Source: a candidate division WOR-3 bacterium (GTDB lineage: Bacteria; Hydrothermota; Tepidihabitantia; SM23-42; JAOAFX01). Taken from it: DNA of 43,530 nt. Location of the stretch: the NCBI GenBank assembly GCA_037444665.1, contig JBBILZ010000017.1:1-43530 (forward strand), in the 5' to 3' direction. A program made the position numbers and the translations under genes. The notes beneath the pieces were generated by a model, which worked only from the letters and a program-made list of their open reading frames with translations, had not been told where the DNA came from and did not search any database. Below are positions 18,153-28,675 of the stretch, piece after piece; the stretch's first letter is position 1; each line of letters opens with the position of its first letter.

Positions 18153-19189
18153 TACTGCATACTGCTGATTTACATTTAAGCAGCAAAGACCCCTTCCGTA
18201 TCAAAGTGCTTGATTGGATTGTGGATAAAGCCAATGAATATAAAACTGATTATATTGTTATTGCTGGTGACCTTTTTGATTCAGACACAGATGCTACACA
18301 ACTAAGACCAAAAGTAAAGAGAACTTTTGAAAAAACACAGGCTGGAATCCTGATAATCCCTGGCAATCATGACAGTGAATCTTATGGCTCAAATTATGAC
18401 TATGGAAATAATGTAAAACAATTATTTAAAAAACCATTTGAACAATTTAGTATTAACAACATCAAATTTCTTGCTCTTCCTTTTCAATCAAAGAAATTTT
18501 CTGAATGCATTGCAGATCTATCTGAAGATGTTGATGTATTAATTGCGCATGGCACAATATATGATATTTCAATACTCCCCATATTGAATCAGGAAGATGT
18601 TGAATATATGCCCATCTATCCCCAGGAATTAGATAATCTATGCCGATGTGCCCTATTGGGACATATCCATTCCAAATATATTGAATTGGATTATAAAAAA
18701 GCAAAGGTCATATACCCTGGTGCACCCATCGGACTCAGTATGAAGTGCCGTGAACCAAGAAAGATTGCGTTGGTCAATATTAATAATAAAGAAGTTGAAA
18801 TAACCCTACTTAATATTGAGATTGCACCGTACTGGCAGGAATTAGATTACTTTGTATTTCCGGGGAATGAACAGACAATCATCAACAGGCTCATACAGGA
18901 TATTGAAAATTTATCTGACAAAAATATACTACTTGGAATTAACATATATGGCTATATTGCGGAAAATGAGAATGAATTTAAGACAGAGGTCCAGCAGGCA
19001 ATAGAAGAATTTAAAGACAAATTCAAAAATCCGCCCTTACTAAACTGCGATAAGATCTCTTCCTGGGACCAATTTTTAAAGATTCCTTTTGTCAGTAAAT
19101 TTGTAGAAAAAACCGCTAAACTTGACGATGAATTGAGAATGAAAGTTTTAGAATTGACCTTCCCTTATATTGAAGACATCACAAAATGA
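18146..19189 (+). CDS. Mre11/SbcD-family metallophosphoesterase nuclease (YhaO/SbcF-like)
   Basis: HTADLH, IAGDLFD, IPGNHD, IAHG, LGHIH, YPG motifs. Confidence 0.88.
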   Translation: MLILHTADLHLSSKDPFRIKVLDWIVDKANEYKTDYIVIAGDLFDSDTDATQLRPKVKRTFEKTQAGILIIPGNHDSESYGSNYDYGNNVKQLFKKPFEQFSINNIKFLALPFQSKKFSECIADLSEDVDVLIAHGTIYDISILPILNQEDVEYMPIYPQELDNLCRCALLGHIHSKYIELDYKKAKVIYPGAPIGLSMKCREPRKIALVNINNKEVEITLLNIEIAPYWQELDYFVFPGNEQTIINRLIQDIENLSDKNILLGINIYGYIAENENEFKTEVQQAIEEFKDKFKNPPLLNCDKISSWDQFLKIPFVSKFVEKTAKLDDELRMKVLELTFPYIEDITK

Positions 19190-21264
19190 AGATAAAGAAA
19201 TTCCAGTTAAAACAATATGGTCCGATCAGAGAATTCTATCTTGAACCAGAAAATTTTAATGTAATATTTGGATTAAATGAATCGGGTAAGACCACGCTTG
19301 TAGAAGCATTGACCTCGGTCTTATTTAAGACAAAAACAAGGTATGGTAAACCCGAACATATAATTATTGAACTGGATACAGGCAAAAAAATAGTTACACT
19401 ACCTGCAACAAAACCAGTTTCTATACTCACAAGAACAGAAGTCGCGCCATTGCTCTATATTCCTGCCTCAGAGTCTGAATTATACAAAAAAGGTGATGAA
19501 CAGATGAAATTCTGGGATAGTTTGAAATTGATGCTCAGCCAGACCGGAAAACAGATTCCATTCGCAACCCTGATTAAAAAATTAAGAGAAGGAATTGGTT
19601 ACCAGCCAAAATTGAATGACTGGAAATCAGATAAGAAAAAATTGATTGAGAGCCGAAAGAATCGTCTTGAGCAGTTGCGCAATTATATTCAGGAAATCGG
19701 TCAGATAGAAAACAAGAAAAAAGAATTAAAGAAAATAACCGAAAAATACACAGCATTGAGCAATGAATTGAATCTTATTGAAACCTGCAAAAGATATAAA
19801 TTATATCAAAATCTACAAAAATTATACAACGAATACATTGACAAGAAAAATAGATTTGAACTCTACCAAAGATACACTGAAGCAGACCTTAAGCAATGGC
19901 AGGAATTAGAAATTAAAAAGGAGACCTTAAAAAATCAATCAAATGAAAAGTATGAAATGGAGCAGGAAATCAATAACCTGAATAAAAATTTTACAGAAGT
20001 ATTAAAAAAACTTGAACTGGTTGAAAAATATAATATAAGAAATAGGATTACTCAAGGGACAGCGATAGAAAAAGAACCGAATTTTTTCTATCCGGTTTTA
20101 ATCTTTCTTATCGGATTTCTATTTCTCATCATAGGTTTTCGTTTTAATCTTTCTATAATCATTTCGCTCATAATCTTTTTAGTCAGTATTATTGGTTTTA
20201 CTACTGTTGCCATCAAAAAATCAAAAATAAGAATCAAAAAGTTAAGATTGGAGCAGGTGTTAAATGATGCAAAACTATTTTTACCTGAAGTGCAAACGAT
20301 TGAAGAACTTGAGAAAAAGATTAAGATGCTGGAAGATGATAAAATAAGAATGGGAACCTTAATTTCTACAAAGAGCGATAGATTGAAATTTTTGAGCACG
20401 GTTGATTCAATTGATAAAATTGAGAAGGCAATTGAAGATTTAAGGAGCAGGACAAATTGTGGCACATTGATTCAGTTAAAGGAGAAAATTGAAGATAAAA
20501 ATAGAATACAGAACGAAATCAAAGGCCTCGGCGTTGAAATTGCTAAATATTTGAATGAGACTGACGATTCAACCTGGAAAAGACTCATTAGCGAAAAAGA
20601 AGTATCACCACCTTCAAAGGAATGTGATATTAGCAGAGAGACAAAGGTCGCAGAACAGATTGAAAATTTAAAGAAGCAGACCGACGAATTATTGCGGGAA
20701 ATTAAAATTTTTGAAGAAGTTCAGAAAAGTAGATACGGTATCATTGATGAAAAAAATATCCTCTCTGAGATCTTTGAGATTGAAAATCACCTGAAAAATT
20801 ATCATCTTGAACTCCAGGCAGTCCAGAAGGCAGAAGAGATTTTAAATCAGATGAGTAATGAACTGGATAATTTTATCAGTGACCTTGTTTATGGACAGTA
20901 TAGTCTTAGTGAGTATTTTTATTTTGTTACTGAAAAATATAAAATAGTTAAAGTTGAAAATCGGAACTTTATTGCGGTTGATACCAATGGAGATGCATAT
21001 CCAATAGAACTATTGTCCAGTGGTGCCAAGGATCAGTTATTGTTCTGTTTCAGACTCTCTGCATTAAAAAAACTCTTTCCTGAAGGCACTTTTTTGATTC
21101 TTGACGATGCCTTTATCTTTGCGGACTGGCAGCGACGGTGCAGACTCGCTGAACTATTAAAAAAGTTTATTGATGCGGGCAATCAGGTTCTTTACTTCAC
21201 TTCTGATACGCACAGTCGTGATTTGTTGGCTCAATACGGTGGAGTTATCAGCACAATACAATAG
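19186..21264 (+). CDS. Rad50/SMC-like ABC ATPase with central TM hairpin (YhaN/SbcE-like)
   Basis: Walker A GLNESGKTT; coiled coils interrupted by two hydrophobic helices; signature LSSG; Walker B FLILDD; ATGA overlap with the nuclease gene. Confidence 0.87.
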   Translation: MKIKKFQLKQYGPIREFYLEPENFNVIFGLNESGKTTLVEALTSVLFKTKTRYGKPEHIIIELDTGKKIVTLPATKPVSILTRTEVAPLLYIPASESELYKKGDEQMKFWDSLKLMLSQTGKQIPFATLIKKLREGIGYQPKLNDWKSDKKKLIESRKNRLEQLRNYIQEIGQIENKKKELKKITEKYTALSNELNLIETCKRYKLYQNLQKLYNEYIDKKNRFELYQRYTEADLKQWQELEIKKETLKNQSNEKYEMEQEINNLNKNFTEVLKKLELVEKYNIRNRITQGTAIEKEPNFFYPVLIFLIGFLFLIIGFRFNLSIIISLIIFLVSIIGFTTVAIKKSKIRIKKLRLEQVLNDAKLFLPEVQTIEELEKKIKMLEDDKIRMGTLISTKSDRLKFLSTVDSIDKIEKAIEDLRSRTNCGTLIQLKEKIEDKNRIQNEIKGLGVEIAKYLNETDDSTWKRLISEKEVSPPSKECDISRETKVAEQIENLKKQTDELLREIKIFEEVQKSRYGIIDEKNILSEIFEIENHLKNYHLELQAVQKAEEILNQMSNELDNFISDLVYGQYSLSEYFYFVTEKYKIVKVENRNFIAVDTNGDAYPIELLSSGAKDQLLFCFRLSALKKLFPEGTFLILDDAFIFADWQRRCRLAELLKKFIDAGNQVLYFTSDTHSRDLLAQYGGVISTIQ

Positions 21265-21270
21265 CGATTG

Positions 21271-21945
21271 CTAAAATCTTCTGATATTATTTTTATCTAT
21301 TATCTTTAATAATTCTTGCGGTTTTTTAATCAAACTTTTTGCACCAGAAGACATAAGTTCTTCAGCAGTCCTAAATCCCCACAGAACACCAACAGGAAAC
21401 ATCCCTGCTGAAATCGCAGTCTTCATATCAATATTAGAGTCGCCAAGATAAATAAACTCTGAAGGTGAAATATTTAGATATTTTGCAATGTATAGTGCGC
21501 TATCTGGAGCGGGTTTTTTAGGAAAATCAGGCGACTCACCGAGGACAAGGGAAAAATTTATCCCGGCCAATAATTTTTGAATAAATAATTTTGTAAGCGG
21601 GTCAGGCTTATTAGAGAGCACTGCCATTTGTATTTCTCTTCTCTCCAATTCTTTTAATAATTCTAAAATACCAGGATATGGTCTTGTATTATTTTGCCAG
21701 CGCCTCTGATATTCTGTTTTCATCGCCGCAACACAGCGGGCGACCATATCTGGTGTATTATGGGCAGGTGGCAATACTTTTCTACATAAGATCTCCATAC
21801 CCTCACCAACAAAATAATAGTATTCTTCAGTCTTATAAATAGGAAAGCCCAAGGTCTTGAGCACAAAATTCATTGAGTCCGCAATATCCTTGATTGTATC
21901 AAGGAGCGTGCCATCTAAATCAAAGATAACTGCCCTAAATGCCAT
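21271..21945 (-). CDS. HAD-superfamily hydrolase (phosphoglycolate phosphatase-like)
   Basis: IFDLDGTLLDT, LSNK, KKPAPD, YLGDSNIDM, VLWGFR. Confidence 0.92.
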   Translation of the reverse strand: MAFRAVIFDLDGTLLDTIKDIADSMNFVLKTLGFPIYKTEEYYYFVGEGMEILCRKVLPPAHNTPDMVARCVAAMKTEYQRRWQNNTRPYPGILELLKELERREIQMAVLSNKPDPLTKLFIQKLLAGINFSLVLGESPDFPKKPAPDSALYIAKYLNISPSEFIYLGDSNIDMKTAISAGMFPVGVLWGFRTAEELMSSGAKSLIKKPQELLKIIDKNNIRRF

Positions 21946-21952
21946 TTTTAAC

Positions 21953-21986
21953 AAAAAGGGGGCAGTTTATAAGATGCCCCCTTTTT
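21953..21986. terminator. Intrinsic terminator hairpin (T-tails on both strands)
   Basis: AAAAAGGGGGCA-GTTTATAAGA-TGCCCCCTTTTT just downstream of the lipoprotein gene. Confidence 0.8.
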
Positions 21987-22003
21987 ACTACATCAAACAC
22001 TAT

Positions 22004-22531
22004 TTATTTAGTTACTGAAATCGGCGTATAAGAATATATACAATTAATGTCTTCGCCCCGTATCAAATCATAGCCTTCTACAATGAATTTTATTGTTCCA
22101 CGACCATTGTAATCATTATTAGCACCATCTGCATCATCAAGGTCATCCGCAATACCTTCATCAACAATTATGGAAACTGTATAAGTAAATTCCTTACCAC
22201 CATCAATCTCAATGGGCGGAACATAGTTATCAGAGCGACTGGCAACCTGACTACCATCAACATCATAAAACTGCCAGCGCAAAGTCGTAATCGCTACATC
22301 CTTCTTTGCCTTTTCCCTCAAGGTAATAGAAAGGTCCTGAGATGCAGAACCACTGCCCGAGGGATTCCAGCCTGGATTTCCCGGTTCAGTATCTGTATCC
22401 GGCACATGGAATGTGATGAGTGTAGTATCGGTCTGGATTTCAACCACGCCCACATCTTCATACCACGACAGTGGCTCTTTCACACAATTAGCAAGCAGAA
22501 CCAACAAAATAAGACCAAGATATTTTTTCAT
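22004..22531 (-). CDS. Hypothetical acidic lipoprotein
   Basis: Lipobox LLANC after MKK-hydrophobic stretch; GGAGG SD; own promoter and terminator. Confidence 0.8.
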   Translation of the reverse strand: MKKYLGLILLVLLANCVKEPLSWYEDVGVVEIQTDTTLITFHVPDTDTEPGNPGWNPSGSGSASQDLSITLREKAKKDVAITTLRWQFYDVDGSQVASRSDNYVPPIEIDGGKEFTYTVSIIVDEGIADDLDDADGANNDYNGRGTIKFIVEGYDLIRGEDINCIYSYTPISVTK

Positions 22532-22549
22532 AAAACCTCCTTATTCTCA

Positions 22550-22577
22550 ATTTTAACCAAAATTTTTAAAAAGTCAA
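22550..22577 (-). promoter_or_regulatory. Sigma70 promoter TTGACT-N16-TAAAAT
   Basis: Upstream of the SD-led lipoprotein gene. Confidence 0.65.
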
Positions 22578-22593
22578 TGGTTATTATTATGTT

Positions 22594-23040
22594 TTATTTA
22601 AGTTTGGAGAATTTTATGCCCGATTCTTTGAGCATCTGAATTGCTAATTTATCTGGATATGCCTCTTTGAATATAATCTTTTTTATCTTTGCATTGATTA
22701 ACATTTTGGTGCAAATAAAACAGGGTTGGTGTGTAGTATAGATTATTGCACCTTCAATATTCACACCAAAATTTGCTGCCTGGATAATGGCATTCTGCTC
22801 TGCATGGACACCGCGGCAGAGTTCATGCCTCTCACCTGAGGCAATACCCATCTTTCCACGCAGACAACCAACCTCTTCACAATGGACAATACCGCTCGGT
22901 GCTCCATTGTATCCTGTAGCAAGGATCCTTTTATCTTTTACAAGCACAGCACCAACCTGCCTTCGTAAACAGGTTGACCTCTTTGCAACAAGCTCTGCTA
23001 TATCCATAAAATATTCATCCCATGATTGACGCTTCATCAT
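22594..23040 (-). CDS. dCMP deaminase (ComEB/Dcd family)
   Basis: [34 protein letters not shown]. Confidence 0.94.
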   Translation of the reverse strand: MMKRQSWDEYFMDIAELVAKRSTCLRRQVGAVLVKDKRILATGYNGAPSGIVHCEEVGCLRGKMGIASGERHELCRGVHAEQNAIIQAANFGVNIEGAIIYTTHQPCFICTKMLINAKIKKIIFKEAYPDKLAIQMLKESGIKFSKLK

Positions 23041-23052
23041 CTAAACACTCTT

Positions 23053-23087
23053 CACTACCTACTACTTACTACCTACTACCTACTCCC
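23053..23087. repeat. Heptamer tandem repeat (TACTACC-like x5)
   Basis: CACTACC TACTACT TACTACC TACTACC TACTCCC between gyrA and the deaminase gene. Confidence 0.8.
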
Positions 23088-23096
23088 CAAAGTCTC

Positions 23097-25517
23097 TCAT
23101 ACTTCTGCCTTTATGCGCGCAATTGAAACAACAGTATCACCTTTTTCCAGTGTTATTATCTTCACACCCTTTGCCTGCCTGCCCATCACCCTTATGGCAT
23201 TGACTGGTGTCCTTATTCCCTTTCCACTCCTGGTCATCGCAATCAAATCGTCTTCATCATTCACATTTACTGCGCCAGCAACCTTTCCGGTCTTCTCATC
23301 AATGGTCATTGCCTTTACACCCTTTCCACCCCTGCCCTTTTCATTTACATCAGCAAATTTTATCCTTTTACCTAAACCTTTCTCACCTATAATCAACATA
23401 TCTTCTTGCTCTCGCGCAATGTTAAGACTTACTACCTCATCTCCTTTTTCCAGTCGCATACCCCGCACACCACCCGCATTTCTGCCCATTGGACGTGTCT
23501 TCTTCTCAGAGAATCTTAATGTCTGTCCATCGTGTGTGGTCAATAAAACAGAATCTTTGCCCGTGGTCAGTTCAGCGGCAATCAACCTATCGTTCGGTTC
23601 TAATTTTATTGCAATAATGCCTTTCTTTCTGACATTCTCATACTCATCAAGTGCTGTCTTCTTTACTTTTCCCTGTTTGGTTGCCATAAAAATAAAAAAT
23701 TTATTAGAAAATTCTTTTATTCCCAGACAGGCATTAACCTTTTCACCTTCGCTCATTTCAATGAGATTGGCAATAGACCTACCTTTAGAAAATGGACCCG
23801 CCTCAGGAATTTCATAAACTTTTGTCGCATAGACCTTGCCGCGGTCAGTAAAGAAAAGAAGCGTATCAGTAGTCTTGGAAATTAAAAGTTGATTAGCAAA
23901 ATCTTCTTCACCTGTTTCTACTAATTTTCTTCCCTGGCCCCCACGAGTTTGATTACGATAAGTAGTGATGGGCTGTCGTTTAATATAACCGCGCTGGGTC
24001 AGTGTGATCACCATATCTTCTTCAGCAATCAAATCTTCTATAGTGAGTTCTTCAGGTTCCATCTCAGATATGGTTGTCCGCCTGCTATCTTGAAATTTTG
24101 TAGCAAGTTCGCTCAATTCTTTTTTAATAACACCATAGACACCTTTGGGTGAAGCAAGTATGGATTTTAAGCGGGCAATCTCCTTTATCAAACCTAAATA
24201 CTCTTTTTCTAATGCCTCTTTTTCAAGATTGGTCAATCGTGCAAGGCGCATATCAAGTATTGCCTGTGCCTGAATCTCGGTAAGAGAAAATCTTTTCATC
24301 AATCGCTCTTTCGCAACCTTTACATCAGCCGATTTTTTAATGATATTAACAACCTCATCAATATGTTCAATAGCAATCTTTAATCCTTCAAGAATATGGG
24401 CTTTCTTCTCTGCCTCAGCCAATTCAAATTTTGTGCGCCGTGTAATTACTTCAAAACGGTAGTCCAGGAAATGTCTGAGTGCTTGTTTTAAGGTGATCGT
24501 TTTGGGAACACCATCCACCAAAGCAAGTAACTGAATACTATAGGTAATCTGCAAATTCGTATATTTATAAAGATTGTTTAATACAACTTCTGGATTTGCA
24601 TCCCTTTTTAATTCAATAACGACTCTGATACCATCCTTGTCTGACTCGTCCCTTATATCAGAGATATCTTCTATCTTTTTGTCTTTAACCAATTGTGCCA
24701 TCTTTTCCAGGAGGGCAGATTTATTGACCTGATACGGAATCTCCATTATGACAATTGCCTGTTTACCCCCTTTTAAATCTTCAATCTTTATCTTTCCCCT
24801 GATAATAATTCTACCTTTACCTGTTAAATAGGCTTCTTCAATCCCTTTTCTTCCTGCAATGATTCCACCGGTCGGAAAATCAGGACCAGATATCAACTTC
24901 ATAATCTTTTTATCTTCAATTTCAGGATCATCAATCATTGCATTCAATGCATTAATAATCTCGCCAAGATTATGGGGTGGAATATTGGTTGCCATACCAA
25001 CGGCAATACCCGATGCACCATTGCATAAAAGATTGGGAAAACCTGCGGGAAGAACTACTGGTTCTTTGAGCCTTCCATCAAAGTTGGGGATAAAATCAAC
25101 CGTATTTTTTTCCAAGTCTTTAAGGAGTTCCTCAGCAAGGGCAGTAAATCTTACCTCTGTATATCGGTAAGCAGCTGCTGCATCACCATCAATTGAACCA
25201 AAATTGCCCTGACCATCAACCAGTGGGTAACGCATTGAAAAGTCTTGCGCCATTCTGACCAGAGCATCATAAATTGCCATATCTCCATGTGGATGATATT
25301 TTCCAAGCACATCACCGATTACAGTTGCGCTCTTTTTGTGAGCACGATTTGAGGCGAGACCTGCTTCATACATCGCATATAGGATTCGCCGCTGGACAGG
25401 TTTGAGTCCATCACGCACATCAGGCAGTGCCCTGCCTACAATAACACTCATTGAATAATCAAGATAACTTGATCTTATCTCTTCTTCAATGTAAACAGTA
25501 GTTATTCGCTCTTCCAT
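23097..25517 (-). CDS. gyrA: DNA gyrase subunit A
   Basis: [25 protein letters not shown] (catalytic Tyr), GyrA-box QTRGGQG, six C-terminal beta-pinwheel blades. Confidence 0.97.
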   Translation of the reverse strand: MEERITTVYIEEEIRSSYLDYSMSVIVGRALPDVRDGLKPVQRRILYAMYEAGLASNRAHKKSATVIGDVLGKYHPHGDMAIYDALVRMAQDFSMRYPLVDGQGNFGSIDGDAAAAYRYTEVRFTALAEELLKDLEKNTVDFIPNFDGRLKEPVVLPAGFPNLLCNGASGIAVGMATNIPPHNLGEIINALNAMIDDPEIEDKKIMKLISGPDFPTGGIIAGRKGIEEAYLTGKGRIIIRGKIKIEDLKGGKQAIVIMEIPYQVNKSALLEKMAQLVKDKKIEDISDIRDESDKDGIRVVIELKRDANPEVVLNNLYKYTNLQITYSIQLLALVDGVPKTITLKQALRHFLDYRFEVITRRTKFELAEAEKKAHILEGLKIAIEHIDEVVNIIKKSADVKVAKERLMKRFSLTEIQAQAILDMRLARLTNLEKEALEKEYLGLIKEIARLKSILASPKGVYGVIKKELSELATKFQDSRRTTISEMEPEELTIEDLIAEEDMVITLTQRGYIKRQPITTYRNQTRGGQGRKLVETGEEDFANQLLISKTTDTLLFFTDRGKVYATKVYEIPEAGPFSKGRSIANLIEMSEGEKVNACLGIKEFSNKFFIFMATKQGKVKKTALDEYENVRKKGIIAIKLEPNDRLIAAELTTGKDSVLLTTHDGQTLRFSEKKTRPMGRNAGGVRGMRLEKGDEVVSLNIAREQEDMLIIGEKGLGKRIKFADVNEKGRGGKGVKAMTIDEKTGKVAGAVNVNDEDDLIAMTRSGKGIRTPVNAIRVMGRQAKGVKIITLEKGDTVVSIARIKAEV

Positions 25518-25523
25518 AAGTTT

Positions 25524-25551
25524 ATTATAGCCAAAAATATGGGTACGTCAA
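25524..25551 (-). promoter_or_regulatory. Sigma70 promoter TTGACG-N16-TATAAT, 6 nt before the gyrA ATG (probably leaderless)
   Basis: Read directly from the sequence; no SD. Confidence 0.75.
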
Positions 25552-25570
25552 GGTTGGTAATTGTATTAAT

Positions 25571-25864
25571 TTATTTGAAAAAAGGGAGTCCGGTCAAAGA
25601 GGCAAGGCACTCCTGAGCCTTTTCCTTAACCTTATTCTGTGCATCATTGAATGCAGCAACAATCAAATCCTGTAGCATAATGATATCATTTTCAGCAATG
25701 ACCTGAGGTTCAATCTTTACCGAAATAACATTCTGCTCACCATCCATCTCTATTCGCACCATGCCACCACCAGATGAGCCTTCAACACGAATCTTTTGCA
25801 GCTCTTCATGTAACCGCTCCTGTAATTTCATTGCATCTTTAAAGATATTCTTCAACTTTCTCAA
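25571..25864 (-). CDS. ybaB: YbaB/EbfC nucleoid-associated protein
   Basis: VEGSSGGGMV, LQDLIVAAFNDA; immediately downstream of dnaX. Confidence 0.93.
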   Translation of the reverse strand: MRKLKNIFKDAMKLQERLHEELQKIRVEGSSGGGMVRIEMDGEQNVISVKIEPQVIAENDIIMLQDLIVAAFNDAQNKVKEKAQECLASLTGLPFFK

Positions 25865-25879
25865 CCCCTGATGAATCTA

Positions 25880-27307
25880 TTATCTTACTTCTTCACCATC
25901 AAACATTGTTTTTATGGTATCGGCGAGGTTTGTTTTATTTTTCTGTGCTTCACTGAGTTTGATATGTAAACTAAAACCTTCACCAAAGACATGCTCCATC
26001 GCTTCATCCAGGACCTTTTGATTCTCCATCAATGCCCGGTGCTGGAATTCATTATTAACCAGAATTTCAAGTTTTTCTCCATTGAGTTCTACCTCAGTCT
26101 GATATATGATTGCGGCAAGTTTGGGACTCTTTCTACTAAGCTGGTTAATCAAACGCTCTTTATCAGTCACTCCCTTTTGTGAATCAAAATTCTTCTGGTT
26201 ATTCTTAATCTGTCTGGATTCACCTATAAATCCTCCTGAGGTAAGTTGAGCCAGAAGCAATTCCAGTGCAATCCTGGGGTTTATTGAGCGTCTAATTGTA
26301 TCTTCATATTTTATACAGGTTTCAAGTAAATTTACAAGACGTACATTGTCTACATTAATACCCTTTAACAATTCAATCTCTTCTGCAGTAGAATCAATAA
26401 GTTCATAATTGATTCCAATATGGCTGAGCAGAATTTTTCTAAAATAGTTTATCAAACCATGGTATATCTCAAGAACATCTGCCCCTTCTTCTATACTTTT
26501 GTTCAACAATAAAAAAACATGGACAAGGTCTTCCTCTAAAATTTTATTGATTAGATCAATATAAAAATCAACACTCAAAAATCCAATGAGTTTGAAAACA
26601 TGGTCTTCAGTTATCTTTCCTTCAACAAACGATGATAACTGCTCAAGAATGCTCTCACCATCGCGAATACTACCATCAGCCCGCAACGCCAGATAATAAA
26701 AGGCTTTTTCTGTAATCTCCAGACCTTCCTTTTCTGCGATAAATTTCAAACGGCCGATAATTTCACTGATGGACAACCTTTTAAACATAAAACGCTGACA
26801 TCGTGATATGATGGTTGCAGGAACCTTTGCCGGATTAGTGGTTGCAAGAATGAAAATCACACTGGCTGGTGGTTCTTCAAGGGTTTTAAGTAAGGCATTG
26901 AATGCCTCCTGGGTGAGCATATGGACTTCGTCAATTATATATATTTTAAAGCGACCCTGAAGGGGTGCATATTTTATACTCTCCCGAAGGTTTCTTATCT
27001 CTTCAATTCCCCGATTAGATGCACCATCAATTTCTATCACATCAATACTTCTGCTGAGCGTAATTTCCTTACAGGAAGGGCATTCCTGGCACGGAGAGGT
27101 TGTAGGTCCATTTATGCAGTTCAAACTTTTGGCAAATATTCTCGCCATCGTAGTCTTACCAACACCCCTTGGTCCGGCAAATAAAAACGCATGGCCGATT
27201 GCCCTGCTATTAATTGCTCCTTTGAGTGAGAGGACAATATGGGTCTGGCCGGTTAACTCATCAAAATTTTGAGGACGATACTTTAATGAAAAAACCCTGT
27301 GTGCCAT
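25880..27307 (-). CDS. dnaX: DNA polymerase III subunit gamma/tau
   Basis: KYRPQNF, GPRGVGKTT, Zn motif C..PCQECPSC, EIDGASNRG, IIDEVHML, SRC. Confidence 0.97.
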   Translation of the reverse strand: MAHRVFSLKYRPQNFDELTGQTHIVLSLKGAINSRAIGHAFLFAGPRGVGKTTMARIFAKSLNCINGPTTSPCQECPSCKEITLSRSIDVIEIDGASNRGIEEIRNLRESIKYAPLQGRFKIYIIDEVHMLTQEAFNALLKTLEEPPASVIFILATTNPAKVPATIISRCQRFMFKRLSISEIIGRLKFIAEKEGLEITEKAFYYLALRADGSIRDGESILEQLSSFVEGKITEDHVFKLIGFLSVDFYIDLINKILEEDLVHVFLLLNKSIEEGADVLEIYHGLINYFRKILLSHIGINYELIDSTAEEIELLKGINVDNVRLVNLLETCIKYEDTIRRSINPRIALELLLAQLTSGGFIGESRQIKNNQKNFDSQKGVTDKERLINQLSRKSPKLAAIIYQTEVELNGEKLEILVNNEFQHRALMENQKVLDEAMEHVFGEGFSLHIKLSEAQKNKTNLADTIKTMFDGEEVR

Positions 27308-27389
27308 ATTAATTAACAACCAAGCAAATTACGAAGCATATCTTCCATCTTTTTCCCTGTTGTTTATCTCTACCCCTGTTTGCTGATAA

Positions 27390-27686
27390 CCGGTCGTGCA
27401 ACCCCAATTCGCCAACCATCTCAGGAACAGCAAAGCAAAGAACTCAGCCCAGGCTGCCTTATGACCAGCCCATCTCTACTTACCGTTGCTTCCTTCCGGA
27501 CCTGGCGGGGTTTGTAGCCGGTGCTTTCATAAGACCCGAACCTCAACATTCTTAAATCCCTGCTGTTGCCCCTGAAAGGGTTAACTCAAAGAGGCTATTC
27601 AATCCCGCATAAGCGGATTTCGGGTCGTCCTGCCATAAATATAGCAGGATTCAGGGCACCGCTAGCTCCCCATTTAGCACGACCGG
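27390..27686 (-). ncRNA. ffs: Signal recognition particle RNA, large bacterial (Alu-domain) type
   Basis: Helix 8 CCAGGTCCGGAAGGAAGCAACGG; 5' Alu-like GTGCTAAATGGGGAGCTAGCGGTGCCCTG...ATCCGCT; terminal pairing CCGGTCGTGC/GCACGACCGG; classical position upstream of dnaX. Confidence 0.93.
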
Positions 27687-27688
27687 AA

Positions 27689-28675
27689 TTATCTCCTGAA
27701 ATCAAGTCTCTCAAAAAGAAATTCCTGGGGTTTTATGCCACAGGTTCCTATCCCTGCTCTCACCAAAAATGTCTGGTAACTCTCTATGCCCTTAGTATCA
27801 ATCTCACTCAATCGCTGATAATCAGGCATTCTTATATTTGCAAGATAGATTGGGTCATCAGACCAATTATTATTTTTAACCAGCACATTCTTTCCAATTT
27901 CAGGGCGGAGTCTTAGATAACCCAATACACCATCAAGCACATTCTTTAATCGGTAAGAGGCAAGCCGATTATTCTGGACAAAACTCTTACGCATTACAAT
28001 GGCAAGATATGGCATTGAAGGCATGATATATCTATTAATAAGCCCTTCATCAAGGATTGTATCACCTGCATATAACATATGGCTGCGATAAGGTTCTATT
28101 ACAAATAGTGCATCAACCTTTTTACTTGATAGCGCTGTTTCCAATTCTTCTCTTGCCAATGGGACCTTAGTAAATTTGGTCAGATTCTCATTTTTAAGAT
28201 TCGGTGCGATTAAATCAAATAGGTGAGAATCATCCATCAGGTAGCCAATCTTTTTGCCATTCAAGTCCTTCAGAAATTTCATCCTGGTTCCTTTGGGTAT
28301 AACAATCGCATCACTAAATCCTTTAAAAGCGATGGAACACAATGCCTTAGCTGTATCACCATTACTGCTTGGTGAAATTAGGAGGTTATACCAGGGGACC
28401 GCACAGATGTCATAATCTCCCCTTTTCAAACCTTCAAGTGGGTCGCCATTGATATTAACAAATTCTGGTTCAACCTTTTCAATCTTAAAATACCTTCTGG
28501 TTGTATCAACTTGAGCAACATAAAAGGGCAAAGAACCAAACGATTTATCAACGCCAATGCGAATCTTTGATGGCTGTGCTTCTTTATACTGAGGATAACC
28601 AACAACGAATAATAATATTAGTAAACCAATGAAGATTAAAATATTAAGAATTGCTTCGGTTGCCCTTCTGTTCAT
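27689..28675 (-). CDS. ABC transporter substrate-binding protein (SsuA/NMT1-like, type II PBP)
   Basis: N-terminal TM anchor, IRIG..SLPFYVA, LKDLNGKKIG, VDALFVIEPY; no permease or ATPase nearby. Confidence 0.8.
   Translation of the reverse strand: MNRRATEAILNILIFIGLLILLFVVGYPQYKEAQPSKIRIGVDKSFGSLPFYVAQVDTTRRYFKIEKVEPEFVNINGDPLEGLKRGDYDICAVPWYNLLISPSSNGDTAKALCSIAFKGFSDAIVIPKGTRMKFLKDLNGKKIGYLMDDSHLFDLIAPNLKNENLTKFTKVPLAREELETALSSKKVDALFVIEPYRSHMLYAGDTILDEGLINRYIMPSMPYLAIVMRKSFVQNNRLASYRLKNVLDGVLGYLRLRPEIGKNVLVKNNNWSDDPIYLANIRMPDYQRLSEIDTKGIESYQTFLVRAGIGTCGIKPQEFLFERLDFRR

Noticed and set aside
17195..21264. tRNA-anchored genomic island or prophage
   Set aside because: No integrase and no duplicated tRNA 3' end seen; the operon lies on the 5' side of the tRNAs.
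23026..23817. 263-aa plus-strand ORF
   Set aside because: Antisense shadow of gyrA; its start lies in a tandem repeat region.
23097..25517. ParC instead of GyrA
   Set aside because: GyrA-box QTRGGQG and six CTD blades support gyrase.
27566..27916. 116-aa plus-strand ORF
   Set aside because: Antisense to the SRP RNA and the SBP gene.
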